Positions 14,765 to 16,083 of a stretch of DNA of 16,083 bases are shown here, in pieces (within the stretch, counting starts at the first letter, position 1; every line of letters begins with the position of its first letter). Below the pieces are notes generated by a model. It had not been told where the DNA came from, did no database searches, and was given only the letters and a program-made list of their open reading frames with translations. The translations under genes were made by a program, and so were the position numbers. Source of the DNA: Chlamydiae bacterium RIFCSPHIGHO2_12_FULL_49_11 (lineage in GTDB: Bacteria; Chlamydiota; Chlamydiia; Chlamydiales; 2-12-FULL-49-11); contig MGLW01000005.1 of NCBI GenBank assembly GCA_001794905.1, forward strand, positions 1 to 16,083. The letters are read 5' to 3'.

Positions 14765-15182
14765 CCGGTCCATCGTTTGTAAGGGATACTTCCATGTGCG
14801 CTCCAAAAATGCCGGCACTCACGTTTCCCTTACAGAGTTTTCGCATCTCTTCCATGCTTGCGTGGAAAAATTCTAAGGCAACGGCAGGTTTTTTCGCCCG
14901 GATAAAAGAGGGGCGATTTCCTTTTATCGTGTCACCGACCAGAGTAAACTGAGATACGAGAAGGGCGTCCCCTTGCACGTCGATCAGGCTCAGATTCATT
15001 TTTCCGTTTTCGTCATCAAAGATACGCATCGAAACGATTTTTTGTACGAGGGGCGCGATCATCTCCCGCGTATCTTCTTCTGCAAAGCCGATAAGAAGTA
15101 GGAGGCCTCCGCCGATCGCACCGACCGTTTTTCCGTCCACTTTCACCTCTGCTTCTTTTACACGCTGCACAACCACTTTCAT
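14733..15182 (-). CDS. dtd: D-aminoacyl-tRNA deacylase
   Basis: [33 protein letters not shown] and NDGPVT. Confidence 0.97.
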   Translation of the reverse strand: MKVVVQRVKEAEVKVDGKTVGAIGGGLLLLIGFAEEDTREMIAPLVQKIVSMRIFDDENGKMNLSLIDVQGDALLVSQFTLVGDTIKGNRPSFIRAKKPAVALEFFHASMEEMRKLCKGNVSAGIFGAHMEVSLTNDGPVTFVVEFPRP

Positions 15183-16083
15183 ATTATGTCTAAAAGTTCT
15201 TGCGGCATCTTATCTCCAAATTGGACAAAATACCGTTTCCATTCTTCTATTTGAGCTGTAAAAGCCTCTTCATCGAGAGAAAAAATCGGGTTGTCCGGGG
15301 AGAGCAAAAGTCCCTCGAGGTCAATCGACGTGGGTAAAAGGCCAAACCGGGTGGCACGCGCTGACCCGTCGCCATCGGTACGCCGGAAAATCCACTCGAG
15401 AACGCGCATATTTTCTCCGAAACCGGGCCAGATGAATTGTCCTGCTGCATCTTTCCGAAACCAGTTCACATGGAATATTTTCGGCATCCGGCGCCCTTTC
15501 TGTTGCTGTGAGAGCCAGTGACGGAAATAATCGCCCATGTGGTAGCCGCAAAACGGAAGCATGGCAAACGGATCGTGCCGGAGCTTGCCTACATCTCCTT
15601 CGGAAGCAGCTGTCGTTTCGGAAGAAAGAGCCGCCCCCAAGAGAACGCCGTGCGTCCAATCTTTTGCTTCCAAGACGAGCGGCATCACATCCCTGCGGCG
15701 ACCGCCGAAAATAATCGCATCGATGGGAACTCCGTGCGGATTGTCAGCATCGGGATCGAAGGCAGGATTCTGCCGCATCGACACGGTAAAACGAGAGTTG
15801 GGATGGGCCGCCGGATCGGGTGATGCAGGCGTCCATGGATTTCCTTTCCAGTCAGTGAGAGTGCCCGGAGGTGCGCTCATCCCCTCCCACCACACGTCGC
15901 CGTCCTCGGTCAGGGCCACATTTGTGAACAACGTATTTTTCCCGATTGTTTGCATTGCATTGTAATTCGATCTTTCCGATGTGCCGGGCGCCACTCCGAA
16001 GTATCCGTTTTCCGGGTTGATCGCATAGAGCCTGCCGTCTTTTTCCGAAAACTTCATCCACGCTATGTCGTCACCGACACACC
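15179..16083 (-). CDS. pckG: Phosphoenolpyruvate carboxykinase (GTP), C-terminal part; start beyond the right edge
   Basis: The frame is open to the edge: CVGDDIAWM, AINPENGYFGVAPGT, AAHPNSRF, IIFGGRR, DPFAMLPFCGY, VNWFRKD and WPGFGENMRVLEWI. Confidence 0.97.
   Translation of the reverse strand, partial: CVGDDIAWMKFSEKDGRLYAINPENGYFGVAPGTSERSNYNAMQTIGKNTLFTNVALTEDGDVWWEGMSAPPGTLTDWKGNPWTPASPDPAAHPNSRFTVSMRQNPAFDPDADNPHGVPIDAIIFGGRRRDVMPLVLEAKDWTHGVLLGAALSSETTAASEGDVGKLRHDPFAMLPFCGYHMGDYFRHWLSQQQKGRRMPKIFHVNWFRKDAAGQFIWPGFGENMRVLEWIFRRTDGDGSARATRFGLLPTSIDLEGLLLSPDNPIFSLDEEAFTAQIEEWKRYFVQFGDKMPQELLDII

Overview
Chromosomal housekeeping region, most likely from an environmental Chlamydiae-type bacterium. 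This is inferred from the dnaX...ybaB><ptsI...comEC order and the chlamydia-like YbaB N-terminus and DnaX C-terminus. Left to right: the 5' part of a 7TM-HD (PgpH-like) membrane protein gene, dnaX interrupted by one in-frame TAA, and an exported LURP-one/scramblase-like protein. Next is an AT-rich island with a WbdD-like methyltransferase, a polysaccharide pyruvyltransferase, IS3 and IS903-like remnants, a GC-rich hairpin and a 92-bp copy of the ptsI 3' end. Then come ybaB, a Nudix hydrolase, ptsI, hprK, ndh, comEC, tRNA-His, a palindromic repeat, two LPS glycosyltransferases, ndk, dtd and the 3' part of GTP-dependent PEPCK. The most notable signal is the Nudix gene. It sits in a 467-bp transposase-less cassette bounded by IS5-like inverted repeats and TA duplications, and removing it restores ybaB and ptsI with overlapping stop codons. 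All family assignments come from motif recognition, not database searches.
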